64,000 nt of DNA. It comes from a virus. Location of the stretch: the IMG/VR virus record IMGVR_UViG_3300022934_000003; one strand, given 5' to 3'. This document shows, one piece after another, positions 45,553 through 57,200 of the stretch; the stretch's first letter is position 1, and every line of letters begins with the position of its first letter. Made by a program: the position numbers and the translations under genes. The notes beneath the pieces were generated by a model. It was given only the letters and a program-made list of their open reading frames with translations, made no database searches and was not told the origin of the DNA.

Positions 45553-47346
45553 ATGGCTAAACTAAATATTTCAGAATTAGATTTTGAAACGATTAAATCA
45601 AACTTTAAAACATATTTAAAAGATCAGACTCAATTTAAAGATTATAACTTTGAAGGATCTAATATGTCTGTATTTTTGGATGTATTAGCTTATAATACAT
45701 TTCAAAATAACTTTTATACCAATATGGCAGTCAATGAAATGTTCCTTGATTCAGCCGTACTAAAAAATTCTATTGTATCACATGCGAAAGAATTAAATTA
45801 TCTACCGCGTTCTAGAAGATCAGCTCGTGCTGTTGTTAATGTAACTATTACAGACACAACTGTATCAGGACAAACGGTAACTATTCCTGCTTATTCAGCG
45901 TTTACAACAAGCTTTAAAGGTACAAATTATAACTTTATTAATGCAGAAACATATATCGCTCGTAAAACTGCGCCAGGTACTTTTGTTGCAAGTAATGTAG
46001 AAATTTTTGAAGGAGAAATGCTTTCTAGTTTTGAAAGAGAAGGTTTCTTTATAGATGATGATGGTATTTTAAGAGTTATTCTTTCTAACGAAAATGCTGA
46101 TACTGATTCTATCGAAGTGTTTATCGATGCTGAAGCAACAGATAATGAAAATGTTTTCATTCGTAAAAATGATGTTTTTGGTGTAGGTCCAACAGATAAA
46201 GTATTTTATGTAGAACCATTTTATGATGGAAGATATTCTATTTATTTTGGTAATAATATATTTGGTCTACAACCTGCTGAGTATGAAGATGTACGTGTAA
46301 GATATCGTATTACTTCTGGTCCTGAAGCAAACGGTGCATATACTTTTTCATTAGAAACAACATCATCAAATTCAGAAGCAACAGTTCAAACAGTTGAAGC
46401 AGCAGCCGGCGGAGCTGAAAGAGAAACTCAAGAAAGTATTAGATATTTTGCTCCAAAATCATTACAAATTCAAGAGCGTGCTGTAACAACAACAGACTAT
46501 GAAATTTTATTGAAAAAGCAATTCCCAGAAATTCAAGCCATTTCAGCTTATGGCGGTGAAGAATTAGATCCACCACAATTTGGTAAAGTTGCTATTTCAG
46601 TTTATCTTGGTGAAGGCAGAGAAGGTTTATCAAGTACATTATCTTCTGCATATATTGAATATTTAAAAGATAAGAGTCCGTTAGCAATCGAGCCAATCTT
46701 TATCGAATCACAATTTATGTATGGTTGTACATATGTTGATGTTTATTTTGATGCAAAAGGAACTAATAAATCTGCAGCACAAATTGAAACATTAGTTAGA
46801 GACGCGGTAACTACTTATAATAAAGATAAGCTTGATAACTTTAATGTTACATTAAGACTATCTAAATTAATTTCCGCAATTGACGCAGCTGATAGTTCAA
46901 TTCAATCTAATCAGGTAGAAGTAAATCCTTATGTTTTATATTCACCTGTTGCTGGTATTGCAGAATCGCCTTCATTTAAATTCTTTGCCGAATTAAAGAA
47001 ACCATATCCATTTAGAGATTCAAACTTTACTGATTATAAACCTGCTGTTAAAAGTAGTGTATTTGAATATAATTACGTAGATGCGTATTTACAAGATGAT
47101 GGTGAAGGTAATATCCAAATTGTAACATCTAATATTGTAAACCCAGAAGTAATCGTTCCTGTTGCAGGAAGTGTAAATTATAAAACTGGTGCTATTGAAT
47201 TAATTAATTTTAAAGTTACTGCATTAGAAGGATCTAGTATTAGAATTATGGTAACTACTAAGAGAGATGATATTGTTTCTCCTGCTGGTAGAATATTCTT
47301 AATTCAAGATGATGACGTAACAGTAAATATGATTGAGGCAAAGTAA
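45553..47346 (+). CDS. gp6: baseplate wedge subunit
   Basis: LDFE.IK, FKDYNFEGS, LAYNT, NEMFLDSA, Q.RAVT..DY, PPQFGKV. Confidence 0.95.
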   Translation: MAKLNISELDFETIKSNFKTYLKDQTQFKDYNFEGSNMSVFLDVLAYNTFQNNFYTNMAVNEMFLDSAVLKNSIVSHAKELNYLPRSRRSARAVVNVTITDTTVSGQTVTIPAYSAFTTSFKGTNYNFINAETYIARKTAPGTFVASNVEIFEGEMLSSFEREGFFIDDDGILRVILSNENADTDSIEVFIDAEATDNENVFIRKNDVFGVGPTDKVFYVEPFYDGRYSIYFGNNIFGLQPAEYEDVRVRYRITSGPEANGAYTFSLETTSSNSEATVQTVEAAAGGAERETQESIRYFAPKSLQIQERAVTTTDYEILLKKQFPEIQAISAYGGEELDPPQFGKVAISVYLGEGREGLSSTLSSAYIEYLKDKSPLAIEPIFIESQFMYGCTYVDVYFDAKGTNKSAAQIETLVRDAVTTYNKDKLDNFNVTLRLSKLISAIDAADSSIQSNQVEVNPYVLYSPVAGIAESPSFKFFAELKKPYPFRDSNFTDYKPAVKSSVFEYNYVDAYLQDDGEGNIQIVTSNIVNPEVIVPVAGSVNYKTGAIELINFKVTALEGSSIRIMVTTKRDDIVSPAGRIFLIQDDDVTVNMIEAK

Positions 47347-49668
47347 ATGGCATTTTATAATAATCAGCCTTTAATTGAAAAGAAAATATCTTTTAAGATA
47401 CCACAGCAATTCCCTGCTCACTTTAGAGAGAATGGCCCCGAATTAGTTCAATTAGTAAAAGATTATTATGAATTCCTTGAAACACAACCAGATATGAGTG
47501 TCTATAATAATAGACGATTATTTGAATATAGAGATATTAGTCAAACATTAGATTCAATGCTTGATTTCTTTAGAAAGAAATTCATGGCAGATCTTCCTGT
47601 ATTATCTGATGAAAAAACAAAATTTGTAATTAAAAACATTTTAGATCTATATCGAAGAAAGGGTACTGAATCAGGTATTAGATTATTTTTTAGAATGTTT
47701 TATGAAGAAGATATTGATGTAATCTATCCTTCTAAATATATGTTAAAGCCATCTGATTCAAAATGGCAAACTGGTACTTATTTGCAAATGATGCAAAATA
47801 ATAATGAGTTTCCAAATAGAGCGGGTACAATTATATACACGTATTTAGATTTAATTAGTAGAGATATTGTCGGATCTATTTCTAAAGCAAGAGCAGTTGT
47901 AGATAAAATTAATTTTGTTTTTCTTAATAAAACACTCACTCCTATTATTTACATTTCTAATCCAAAAGGTAAGTTTGTAAAATTTGATGAGATCGTTTCT
48001 CGAATTGATGGAGAGGATATTTCATTCGGAAAATTAAATGGTTCTGCTGATGAATTAGAAATAAATTTAGGATACGGCGGAACAACTGGAAATAAAGTAG
48101 GTGATATATTTAATTTAGAATCTGAATATGGTAAAGGCGGTACATGTATCGTAACCGATCTTGAAGATGAATTTACCGGTACTATTGATTACAATCTTCT
48201 TGATGGAGGATTTGGATATACAATAGAAAATACTAAAATACTTGTATCTAATCAAGTATTAGTTATACCAAATGAACCAAGAAGATTTACCGTATTAGAA
48301 AGATTAAAAGATAGTGCAAATAATGTCGGTACTGTTATTGGACAAAATGGTATTGCAGTTGGTTTAAAAATGGAAGGTGGACAAGAATTTGCATGGGGCC
48401 GCACGATTGAAACAATGGACAGAAGTCCAAATATTGTAATTCCATTTTATAATGCTAATTCAGCGCCTGATGGTATTTTAACAGTAGGTGGAAAAAATGA
48501 TTCATCGCCTGGTCCGTTATATGCAAATACCGGTGATCCTACTCATGCTAAAGTAGAAACATTAAGTAATATTGAAACTGTTAGTCTCATTACAGATAAA
48601 TTAGCAGGCTTTTTAAATGTACCATTAAATTCATCGAATTTTAATGCTGTCCCTCCTGCGACCCAACCAATGTCTGGTAATACAGATCCAGTAACACTTG
48701 CTACAGCATTAGAAGATGCTTTCGATTTAACTCCATTTGATATTGGTACTATTGAAACATTTGAAAATATCGATCCTGGCGAAAATTATGTTAATGATGT
48801 TTGGACTCTCGTTAAAGATGAGGTAATGATTGGTTTTGACAGAAGAAACCAAATTTTAACATTTGATGATTTTAATGCATCTTTTTCTGAAGGAGATGTT
48901 ATATCTCAAAATCAAGGTGGGGGTGTAATTGTTAGTGGTGTTATTTTAGGAGTTAATAGTAATTTAAAATATATTAATGTAAGACCTTATAGTTATTATG
49001 GATTTAAGAAAGGCTTTAATGTTAACCATTTCGGTAATTACTTCGAAGTAATTTCTGTTGAGGTAGATTATAGCTCTGAACAATTTGGTGATAACGCTGA
49101 TTTATTTTCAAAAACATTATTTTCACAAGGAAGAATTGCTGCAGCAAAAGTTTTAAATTCTGGTTTTGGTTATATTGATAAAGAAACAGTATATCTAACA
49201 GATGATGAAGGAACTCGTCATGCAGAAGCAGAATTAAGAGCAAATTCACAAGGTATTACTGCAGGATTTTGGGGATCAACAACATCTCATATTAATGGAT
49301 ATACTAAAACATTAGCAGAAGATGGAGAAGATTTTTATTACGATTCTCAAATGAAAATACAAGATAGTGATTATTATCAAGAATTTTCTTATGAAATTAA
49401 ATCTACAATTGATCCTAAACGTTATGAAACTGTATTAAAAGAAAGTATGCATTTAGCAGGTACTAAATTATATGGAGACTTCATTTATAAAAATAAAGCT
49501 TCAGTTGGACTTGGTGCTAAGATGTTTGTACAAACTAAAGATGATTATATTAAAGGCGGTAATCCAATTGTCGGTCCAGGTCAAAGTATAGGAAGTCAAG
49601 TTGTAACAGCAGATAATTATGTTTATACAGTAGATACTACTTCATTTGCTGCTGACCTTGCAAGATAA
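47347..49668 (+). CDS. gp7: baseplate wedge initiator
   Basis: QFP, YYEFLE, Y..KGT..G..L.FR, KPSD.KW, IQDS.YYQ.FSY.I, H.AG. Confidence 0.8.
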   Translation: MAFYNNQPLIEKKISFKIPQQFPAHFRENGPELVQLVKDYYEFLETQPDMSVYNNRRLFEYRDISQTLDSMLDFFRKKFMADLPVLSDEKTKFVIKNILDLYRRKGTESGIRLFFRMFYEEDIDVIYPSKYMLKPSDSKWQTGTYLQMMQNNNEFPNRAGTIIYTYLDLISRDIVGSISKARAVVDKINFVFLNKTLTPIIYISNPKGKFVKFDEIVSRIDGEDISFGKLNGSADELEINLGYGGTTGNKVGDIFNLESEYGKGGTCIVTDLEDEFTGTIDYNLLDGGFGYTIENTKILVSNQVLVIPNEPRRFTVLERLKDSANNVGTVIGQNGIAVGLKMEGGQEFAWGRTIETMDRSPNIVIPFYNANSAPDGILTVGGKNDSSPGPLYANTGDPTHAKVETLSNIETVSLITDKLAGFLNVPLNSSNFNAVPPATQPMSGNTDPVTLATALEDAFDLTPFDIGTIETFENIDPGENYVNDVWTLVKDEVMIGFDRRNQILTFDDFNASFSEGDVISQNQGGGVIVSGVILGVNSNLKYINVRPYSYYGFKKGFNVNHFGNYFEVISVEVDYSSEQFGDNADLFSKTLFSQGRIAAAKVLNSGFGYIDKETVYLTDDEGTRHAEAELRANSQGITAGFWGSTTSHINGYTKTLAEDGEDFYYDSQMKIQDSDYYQEFSYEIKSTIDPKRYETVLKESMHLAGTKLYGDFIYKNKASVGLGAKMFVQTKDDYIKGGNPIVGPGQSIGSQVVTADNYVYTVDTTSFAADLAR

Positions 49669-49709
49669 AATAAATAATAAATTAAACAAATTAAAATAGG
49701 AATAGAAAA

Positions 49710-50876
49710 ATGGCAAAGCAAACAATTAATATCGGATTAGCTCCTAATGATGGAAATGGCGATCCTATAAGAGATGCTTTTGATAAAGTTAATGATAATT
49801 TTACAGAATTGTATAACTTCGATGCGGGTTTGCCGGCAGTTGCAACATCTGGAGATTACGGAGATTTACAGGGTTTGCCAACCTTATTCACAGCAAATAA
49901 TATTAGTGTTAATACTGCTAACACAGCAAATACTTTTTCATTAAACTATAATAATACAACTGCAACAATAACTTTAATACCAGGAAGAATTCCAGATGAT
50001 TTAACTGATTTAGGAATCGCAGACGGGGCTAATGGTACTGTATTAACAACTGATGGTAGTGGAAATTTTAGATTTTTATCAGTTGGAGCTGTTGGTGGCG
50101 GTGGAATCGCTCTTACTGATTTAAGTGTTGGTACTCCAGCTTCCGCTAATAGCAGTGGTGCTTTAGCATATAATAATACTAGCGGTGTATTTACATACAC
50201 TCCTCCAGTTATTCCAGCAGATTTATTAGACTTGGGTATTAGCGATGGTTCTAATAATCAAGTATTAACAACCGATGGTGCAGGTAATTTTACATTTAAA
50301 ACAGTTACAACTGGTGGTGTTTCATATGCAGATTCCGATGTAGATGCTCATTTAAATACAAGTTCTGCCGCAAATAATGAAGTATTAAGTTGGAATGGTA
50401 CTGATTACGACTGGGTTGCACAAAGTAGTGGCAGCGGCGGTGGATTATCAAATACAGAAATTATTAATCTAGTATCTGGATCTGGCCTAGTCATGTTACC
50501 AACAAGAACTACAAAAACTGGTACAACAACATCTCTTGCTGATGGCGCTAGTGGTAATTTAGACATTACAGGATTTAAATCTTATGGATTAATGTCAATT
50601 CAAACAGATAAAGCTGCTTGGGTAAGAATTTATACAGATGATGCTTCAAGAACTGCAGACGCATCTAGAGCAGAAACAACAGATCCTACTCCAGATGCTG
50701 GTGTTGTTGCAGAAGTAATTACAACAGGAGCAAGTACTATATTAGTTTCACCTGGTGTATTTGGATTTAATAATGAAGCAACTCCAACTACAACAATTCC
50801 TTGCGCAGTTAAAAATAAATCTGGTTCTACAGCTACTGTACAAGTTACACTTAAATTATTACAACTAGAGGCTTAA
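49710..50876 (+). CDS. tail fibre/connector protein with a gp9/gp10-like N-terminus
   Basis: MAKQ.INIG..PNDG.GD..R.AF.K.NDNF.ELY; internal repeats. Confidence 0.7.
   Translation: MAKQTINIGLAPNDGNGDPIRDAFDKVNDNFTELYNFDAGLPAVATSGDYGDLQGLPTLFTANNISVNTANTANTFSLNYNNTTATITLIPGRIPDDLTDLGIADGANGTVLTTDGSGNFRFLSVGAVGGGGIALTDLSVGTPASANSSGALAYNNTSGVFTYTPPVIPADLLDLGISDGSNNQVLTTDGAGNFTFKTVTTGGVSYADSDVDAHLNTSSAANNEVLSWNGTDYDWVAQSSGSGGGLSNTEIINLVSGSGLVMLPTRTTKTGTTTSLADGASGNLDITGFKSYGLMSIQTDKAAWVRIYTDDASRTADASRAETTDPTPDAGVVAEVITTGASTILVSPGVFGFNNEATPTTTIPCAVKNKSGSTATVQVTLKLLQLEA
49989..50292 (+). repeat. intragenic duplicated module
   Basis: IPDDLTDLGIADGANGTVLTTDGSGNF at 49989 and IPADLLDLGISDGSNNQVLTTDGAGNF at 50211. 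Confidence 0.75.
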
Positions 50877-50877
50877 T

Positions 50878-52566
50878 ATGCTAAGAGAATGGATTGTCAC
50901 TCTCCATAATAAAGAAGATCTCGAAGATTTCTATAATGATATGGAAACACCGGGAGGCAATTTATATATTCCAGACAGAGCTGTTGACCTAGTAAATAGA
51001 AGAGAAATTAGTCGTAATACGCATTATATGTTAACTGATGAAGAAGTTGAAGAAGTTAAAAAAGATCCAAGAGTATGGGGTTGTGATTTAAGAGAACTTG
51101 TTGATAATACAACAAAACCCTGTGGTTATTCTCTTACAAATGCAGATTTTGAAAAGTCTTGGCTTAGTGCTGCTGCAACGGATATTAACTGGGGATTATT
51201 AAGAGAAACAGAAGTTGATAATAGAACTAACTGGGGAGATAATGGAACATCATTAGTTACTGATAATTTAACAATTACTGCTTCGGGAAAAAATGTAGAT
51301 GTATTAATTGTAGATGGTCATATTGATCCAGATCATCCAGAATTTGCAGTTAATTCAGATGGCTCTGGTGGTTCAAGAGTTGTACAATATAATTGGTTTC
51401 AAAATAATGTTGGTTCTGGTACAGGTACTTATACTTATGATAGATCTGGTTCTTATACAAATGCTTTAGATGCGGATGATAACGATCATGGTTGTCATTG
51501 CGCAGGAACAGTAGCAGGTAATACACAAGGATGGGCTAGAGATGCAAACATTTATAATATTAGTCCTTATGGTTCGAATCCAAACTGGGGTAATGTAGGC
51601 TACGGCTCTTCTACAATGTGGGATTATATTAGAGCTTGGCACAATTCAAAACCAATTAATTCTGCAACTGGCAGAAGAAATCCTACTATATCAAATAATA
51701 GTTATGGATCTAGTATTATTTCAAATTATTCTGGAAGTTATACTACAGGTGCTATTACTAGAATAAATTATAGAGGAGTTGATTTTAATCCTGGTAGAGA
51801 TCTAACCGTTGCTGAGTTAGAAGCAAGAGGTTGCTATACTAATGCAAGTACTACAATGAGTATTCCGAATTATTTTACATCTCGTGAAGCTGATATCCAA
51901 GATGCTATTGATGATGGAATTATTATTGTAGCTTCTGCAGGAAATGATAGTTGGAAGATTGTTAATAGTAATGACCAAGATTATAATAATTATTTTGAAA
52001 TGGTTTATCAAGGCGTTAATTTTAGTTGGTATTTACATAGAGGTACAGGATCAGCAGCAGGCTACGCCCCTGTTATAACAGTTGGTGCCGTATGTAATAA
52101 TACAACAGAAGAAAAAGCAACATTTAGTAATTGTGGAAGTCAAGTAGATGTTTATGCCGCAGGTGAAGCGATTAATAGTTCTTTACATAGAGCTTCTAGT
52201 GGAGGAGCAGGTAGTGGTGTAAATGATCCAAGAAATGCTAGTTATGCTATTGGTAAATATCAAGGAACAAGTATGTCCGGACCGCAGGTTGCAGGAATAC
52301 TTGCTTTGCTTGCTGAAAGTTGGCCAAATATGAATCAAGAGGAAGCTCATGCTTGGATTGTTGATAATGCTAATGATAATAAAATGTACGATACAAATAC
52401 AGATGATCCTACAGATAGAGTAAGTTTACAATTTGGCGATAACAAATATGCTAGATGGATTAATCAAAGACAAATAGATGGAAATAATTTTCCACAAAGA
52501 AATTTTGCAGTAAGACCTACGTCTGGTACTGCATATCCTAGACCAAGAATTAGAAGAAGAGGCTAG
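50878..52566 (+). CDS. subtilisin-like serine protease (S8)
   Basis: IVDG (Asp), HGCHCAG (His), ASAGN (oxyanion Asn), GTSMSGP (Ser). Confidence 0.9.
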   Translation: MLREWIVTLHNKEDLEDFYNDMETPGGNLYIPDRAVDLVNRREISRNTHYMLTDEEVEEVKKDPRVWGCDLRELVDNTTKPCGYSLTNADFEKSWLSAAATDINWGLLRETEVDNRTNWGDNGTSLVTDNLTITASGKNVDVLIVDGHIDPDHPEFAVNSDGSGGSRVVQYNWFQNNVGSGTGTYTYDRSGSYTNALDADDNDHGCHCAGTVAGNTQGWARDANIYNISPYGSNPNWGNVGYGSSTMWDYIRAWHNSKPINSATGRRNPTISNNSYGSSIISNYSGSYTTGAITRINYRGVDFNPGRDLTVAELEARGCYTNASTTMSIPNYFTSREADIQDAIDDGIIIVASAGNDSWKIVNSNDQDYNNYFEMVYQGVNFSWYLHRGTGSAAGYAPVITVGAVCNNTTEEKATFSNCGSQVDVYAAGEAINSSLHRASSGGAGSGVNDPRNASYAIGKYQGTSMSGPQVAGILALLAESWPNMNQEEAHAWIVDNANDNKMYDTNTDDPTDRVSLQFGDNKYARWINQRQIDGNNFPQRNFAVRPTSGTAYPRPRIRRRG

Positions 52567-52603
52567 ACTGTGATTATAAATATTACAAAAGATTGGATAA
52601 GAA

Positions 52604-54250
52604 ATGGCTGAAGTACTAACTACCACACTAAAAAACGATATCGCTAGATTATTCTACGAAGATTTAACTAATAATGATTATTACGTTATGGTTTCTTCTG
52701 TCTCTAACCAAGAATTAGTAAGAGTTGACGCTGTTAATTCTCAATATAGTAAAAACGAATTTAAAGAAAAAGTTCTTTTTGGTAAAAAATTATATCAAAA
52801 TGATCTTAAGTTTATGATTAAATATTATCCTTGGCAAAAGGATGAAACATATACTCAATATGATGATCAAGTTGATTTAGAAGGAACTAATTTCTATGCT
52901 GTAGTTGGTCCAACTAATAATGACTCTGGAGATTATAGAGTTTATAAATGCTTGTCAAATAATAATGGCAATCCTTCTACGGTACCACCTAATTATAATC
53001 CAACAACAATCAATCAAATTTATAGAACTGCTGATGGTTATGTTTGGAAATTTATGTATTATCTTACAGAGTCTGATTTCGAAGCTTATAATGCTATTGG
53101 TTTTATTCCATTACATGGCACGTTTGAAATTAATCCAAATCCTTCAGCGAATGCAAATAATATTATTACAGGAGCTGAGGTAAGTGATATTTTTGTAGAA
53201 AATTATATTGATAATAATGGTTATACTTTTGTATCTGTTGGAAATGTTCCATCAACACCCGGTAATCAATCTCAAGTTCAATTATCATCTTCTGAATTAA
53301 GTCAGATTACAGATTATTATTCTGGAATGACTCTCGTCCTTACTAAAAATACACAAACATGGACTTATTTAATTGATTCATATACTTATAGAGATTCTTC
53401 TGGCACTGGTTTTGCCACGGTCGTTGGTGATCCGCAAGGTGATGGTGTAACATTAGGCGCGTCATTTAAGATTGTTCCTACAATAGAAATTAAAGGTGAT
53501 GGCACAGGTGCTGTAGCAATACCTTATGTAAATAGTGAAGGACGTATTACTTCAGTACAAGTATTAGAAACAGGTTCTGGCTATCATAGAATTACTGCAA
53601 CCGTAAAAGATCCAGCTTTTGATTTTGATCCTGATGATCCAACAACAATTGATGTTAGAGCAACTTTAAGACCAGTACTTTCTCCAGAAGGTTATCATAA
53701 TTGGAATCTAATTGATGAAATGCATTGTCGTCATATATTGCTTTATGGTTATATTACAGAAGATGATAATAACCAAATAGGTGCAACAAATAATTATTCA
53801 GCAATTGGTATTATAAAAAATCCAGAATTTACTTCAGATGCAAGTGGTAATACAGCATCGCCACATGTATTTGATAATAGAATTCAAGTTATAACAGACG
53901 ATTATGGAAAAGCAGTTGTCGATGGAAGATTATATCAAGTAGATACAGATCAAAATATAATTTTTGATTCTAGAGTACATGACATATATGGACAAGCAAA
54001 CACTGTATACTTATGTGATTATATGGGACCATATATTAATCAAACAAACAATGATATTTCTTTTGATTATACAAAAGATTTATTTAATTCAACAGGACAG
54101 AGAATACAAATAAATAATCCAGTAGCCAATAATGTTATTGAGTCAAGATATGTACAAAGATCTGGCACAGTATATTTTATGGAAGACTTCTTCCCGTTAG
54201 AAAGATCGGAAACTTCTAGAGAAGAATATAAACTGGTTTTAGAATTTTAA
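52604..54250 (+). CDS. gp8: baseplate wedge subunit
   Basis: W.....Y..YD, VYKCL.NN, TADGY.WKFMY, SG...F, E.YKLVLEF. Confidence 0.8.
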   Translation: MAEVLTTTLKNDIARLFYEDLTNNDYYVMVSSVSNQELVRVDAVNSQYSKNEFKEKVLFGKKLYQNDLKFMIKYYPWQKDETYTQYDDQVDLEGTNFYAVVGPTNNDSGDYRVYKCLSNNNGNPSTVPPNYNPTTINQIYRTADGYVWKFMYYLTESDFEAYNAIGFIPLHGTFEINPNPSANANNIITGAEVSDIFVENYIDNNGYTFVSVGNVPSTPGNQSQVQLSSSELSQITDYYSGMTLVLTKNTQTWTYLIDSYTYRDSSGTGFATVVGDPQGDGVTLGASFKIVPTIEIKGDGTGAVAIPYVNSEGRITSVQVLETGSGYHRITATVKDPAFDFDPDDPTTIDVRATLRPVLSPEGYHNWNLIDEMHCRHILLYGYITEDDNNQIGATNNYSAIGIIKNPEFTSDASGNTASPHVFDNRIQVITDDYGKAVVDGRLYQVDTDQNIIFDSRVHDIYGQANTVYLCDYMGPYINQTNNDISFDYTKDLFNSTGQRIQINNPVANNVIESRYVQRSGTVYFMEDFFPLERSETSREEYKLVLEF

Positions 54251-54262
54251 GGAAATAGATAA

Positions 54263-57200
54263 ATGCCAATTAATACAGATTTAAACATAGCACCATATTT
54301 CGATGACTTCGATATAGAAAATCAATTCTATAAGATATTGTTTAAACCTGCATATGCGGTTCAAGCAAGAGAATTAACTCAACTTCAAACTATTTTACAA
54401 AACCAAGTAGAGCAATTTGGAGATAATATTTTCCAAGATGGAAGTATTATTAAAGGTTGTACATTTACTGATTTGGACGGTTTACAATATGTTAAAGTAG
54501 TTGATAAATCTGGTGTTGATGTACAAACACTTATTGGTGGTGCAGATACAGATATTATTGGTGGTGTTGAAACAGAAATTGATGTTGCATATGAATTAGA
54601 AGGTGTACAATCTGGACTTAAAGCAAATATTGTTTCTGCTACTCGTGGATTTGAAACTCGTCCACCTAATTTAAATACTTTCTATATTAACTATACAAAT
54701 TCAAATGAAACTGGCGGTTATAAACAGTTTATTGCTGGTGAGCAATTAAGAATTAATCGTTACAAATATAATGGTGGAGCAATTTATAGCTCAGAATTAA
54801 ATATAGAAAATATTAACGTTACATTACAAACAGATCCAGTTGGTAAATCATTTGGTATTCAATCATCTGCTGGTGTAATTTTCCAAAAAGGTCATTTCTT
54901 ATTTTCTGATGCACAAACATTAATTGTTTCTAAGTATGACGATAATCCTGATGGTGTATCTGTTGGCTTTGAAGTAAAAGAAGAATTAATTTCATCATTA
55001 CAAGATCCATCTTTATATGATAATGCAAATGGATCATCTAATGAAAACGCGCCGGGTGCAGATAGACTCAAATTAATCCCATCATTAGTTACTAAAGACA
55101 CAACTCTTGCAGATGTTGACTCTAATTTCTTTTCATTAATAAGATATAAAAATGGAGCTGCTGTTACGTTAAGAGATGTTTCTCAATTTAATTCTATTGC
55201 AACAGAACTTGCAAATAGAACATATGAAGAATCAGGTAACTATGTTGTTGAAAGATTTAAAGTTAATGCAGAACGTAGAAATAATGTATTAAATGCATTA
55301 GTTGGAAAAGGTATTGCATATGTCAAAGGTTATAGAGTAGAACAAAGAGGTGATTCTAATTTTGCAATTGATGAAGTTGCAAATACATTTACACAATCAA
55401 GTGCTACATCATTTAATTATGGTGCATATGTAAATATTACTACTGCAAATACTGGAAGTCAACTTAATTTAGAATATGATCCAGTTGATTTAATTAATTC
55501 AAGTAATGCAAAAATTGGTACAGCATTTGTAAGAAATATTACGCCGAGTGAAGTATACTTATTTGCTGTTAATATGACAGGAAGTAATTCTATTAAAGAT
55601 GTTGTTTCAATTAATAACAATTATTTAAATGCTGATAAAGTAGGTATTGATGCCAGTTCAATTTTACATGAACAACATAAAGCTCCTGCTATTTTCCCAA
55701 CCGGTACGTCAAGTATAAAATCTATTACAAATATTAATTTACCAGTAAGAGTAAGTAAAGACATTACAGGTATTGCTGCTAATCAATTTACTGTTGTTGC
55801 AGATGCGGATACAGATTTTGCGGTAGAAAATACTGATATGTTATTTGTAGATGCTTCTAATAAGATTATTCCTATTACAAATTATACTACTTCAAATAAC
55901 AATACAGAACTTAATATTGATTTAGATCCTGCCTATAGTTCAGATTCATCTGGTAAACTCTATTATAATATTAGAAAAGTTGGTGTTGAGCCATATAATA
56001 AAGTTGCAGTTGAGCCATATATTAAAGTTAATTTTACATCAGCAACAACTAAATACAGTTTAGGTTTTCCTGATGTAGTTGAGATTATGTCTGTACAAGA
56101 TACAGCATTAACAGAATATAAAGACAGTTTTAGATTACAAACAAATCAGAAAGATGGATACTATGATATATCATACATGGAATATATTCCAGGTAGACCA
56201 TTACCGGCAAACGGCGTATTAACTATTCAACTTAAAGTATTCCAATTAAATACTTCTACAGGTGATTATTTCTTTAATGTTAATAGTTATCCTGTTGATG
56301 ATACATCAACTTCATTGCCTGCAGGTAAAATTCGTTCTTGGAGTATTCCAGTATATACAGGCAAAAATGGAATAGAATATAATTTAAGAGAATGCTATGA
56401 CTTTAGACCTTACGTTAATAAAGACGCTTTAGCAGATTATAATCAACTAACTCCAGCTTCTGCTCCTACAATTACAACTGCGGTCGGAGCATATACAGTT
56501 TCGTTTAGTGATAATGCTGGTAATCATGTTATTCCTGCTCTTAATGGTAATTCAAATGCAGATATAGAAGCATATAATAAGAGAATTGATGTAATTACTA
56601 TGAACTCTTATGGTATTCTTAATTTAGTAAAAGGTAATGAAGCAGATCGTCCTATTCCTCCAAAAACTAGTGAAGGTGAATTGGCAATTTGCACAATTAC
56701 TATTCCAGGTTATCCTGCATTAAGTCCTAAAGAAGCGGCTGAACAAAATAAAAGAGATTATGCAATTAAAACTCAAGCATCAGGTACCGAAGGTTATACG
56801 ATGCGAGATATTGCAAAGATTGAAAGAAAAGTAGAAAGTTTAGAATACTATATTAGTTTAAGCCAATTAGAACAAGATACAGAAAATCTTCTTGTACTTG
56901 ATGAAAATGGTTTAACTAGATTTAAGAATGGTTATGTTGTAGATCCATTTAAAGATTTAAATATTGCAAATCTTATTGATCCTGAATTTAATGCAGCAGT
57001 TATGTCTGATAGAGAGGTATTGACTCCTAAACAAAATCATTTCCCATTAGATTTAAAATATAAGAGTGGATCGAATGCCTTACCTTGGCCAACAACAGGT
57101 ATTCCTGAAGTTGGAACATTAAGTAGAAATGTACATGTAGAATTACTTGGACAAAAATATGCAACTAATTATAGAAGTTGTGTAAGTAATTACTGGAAAT

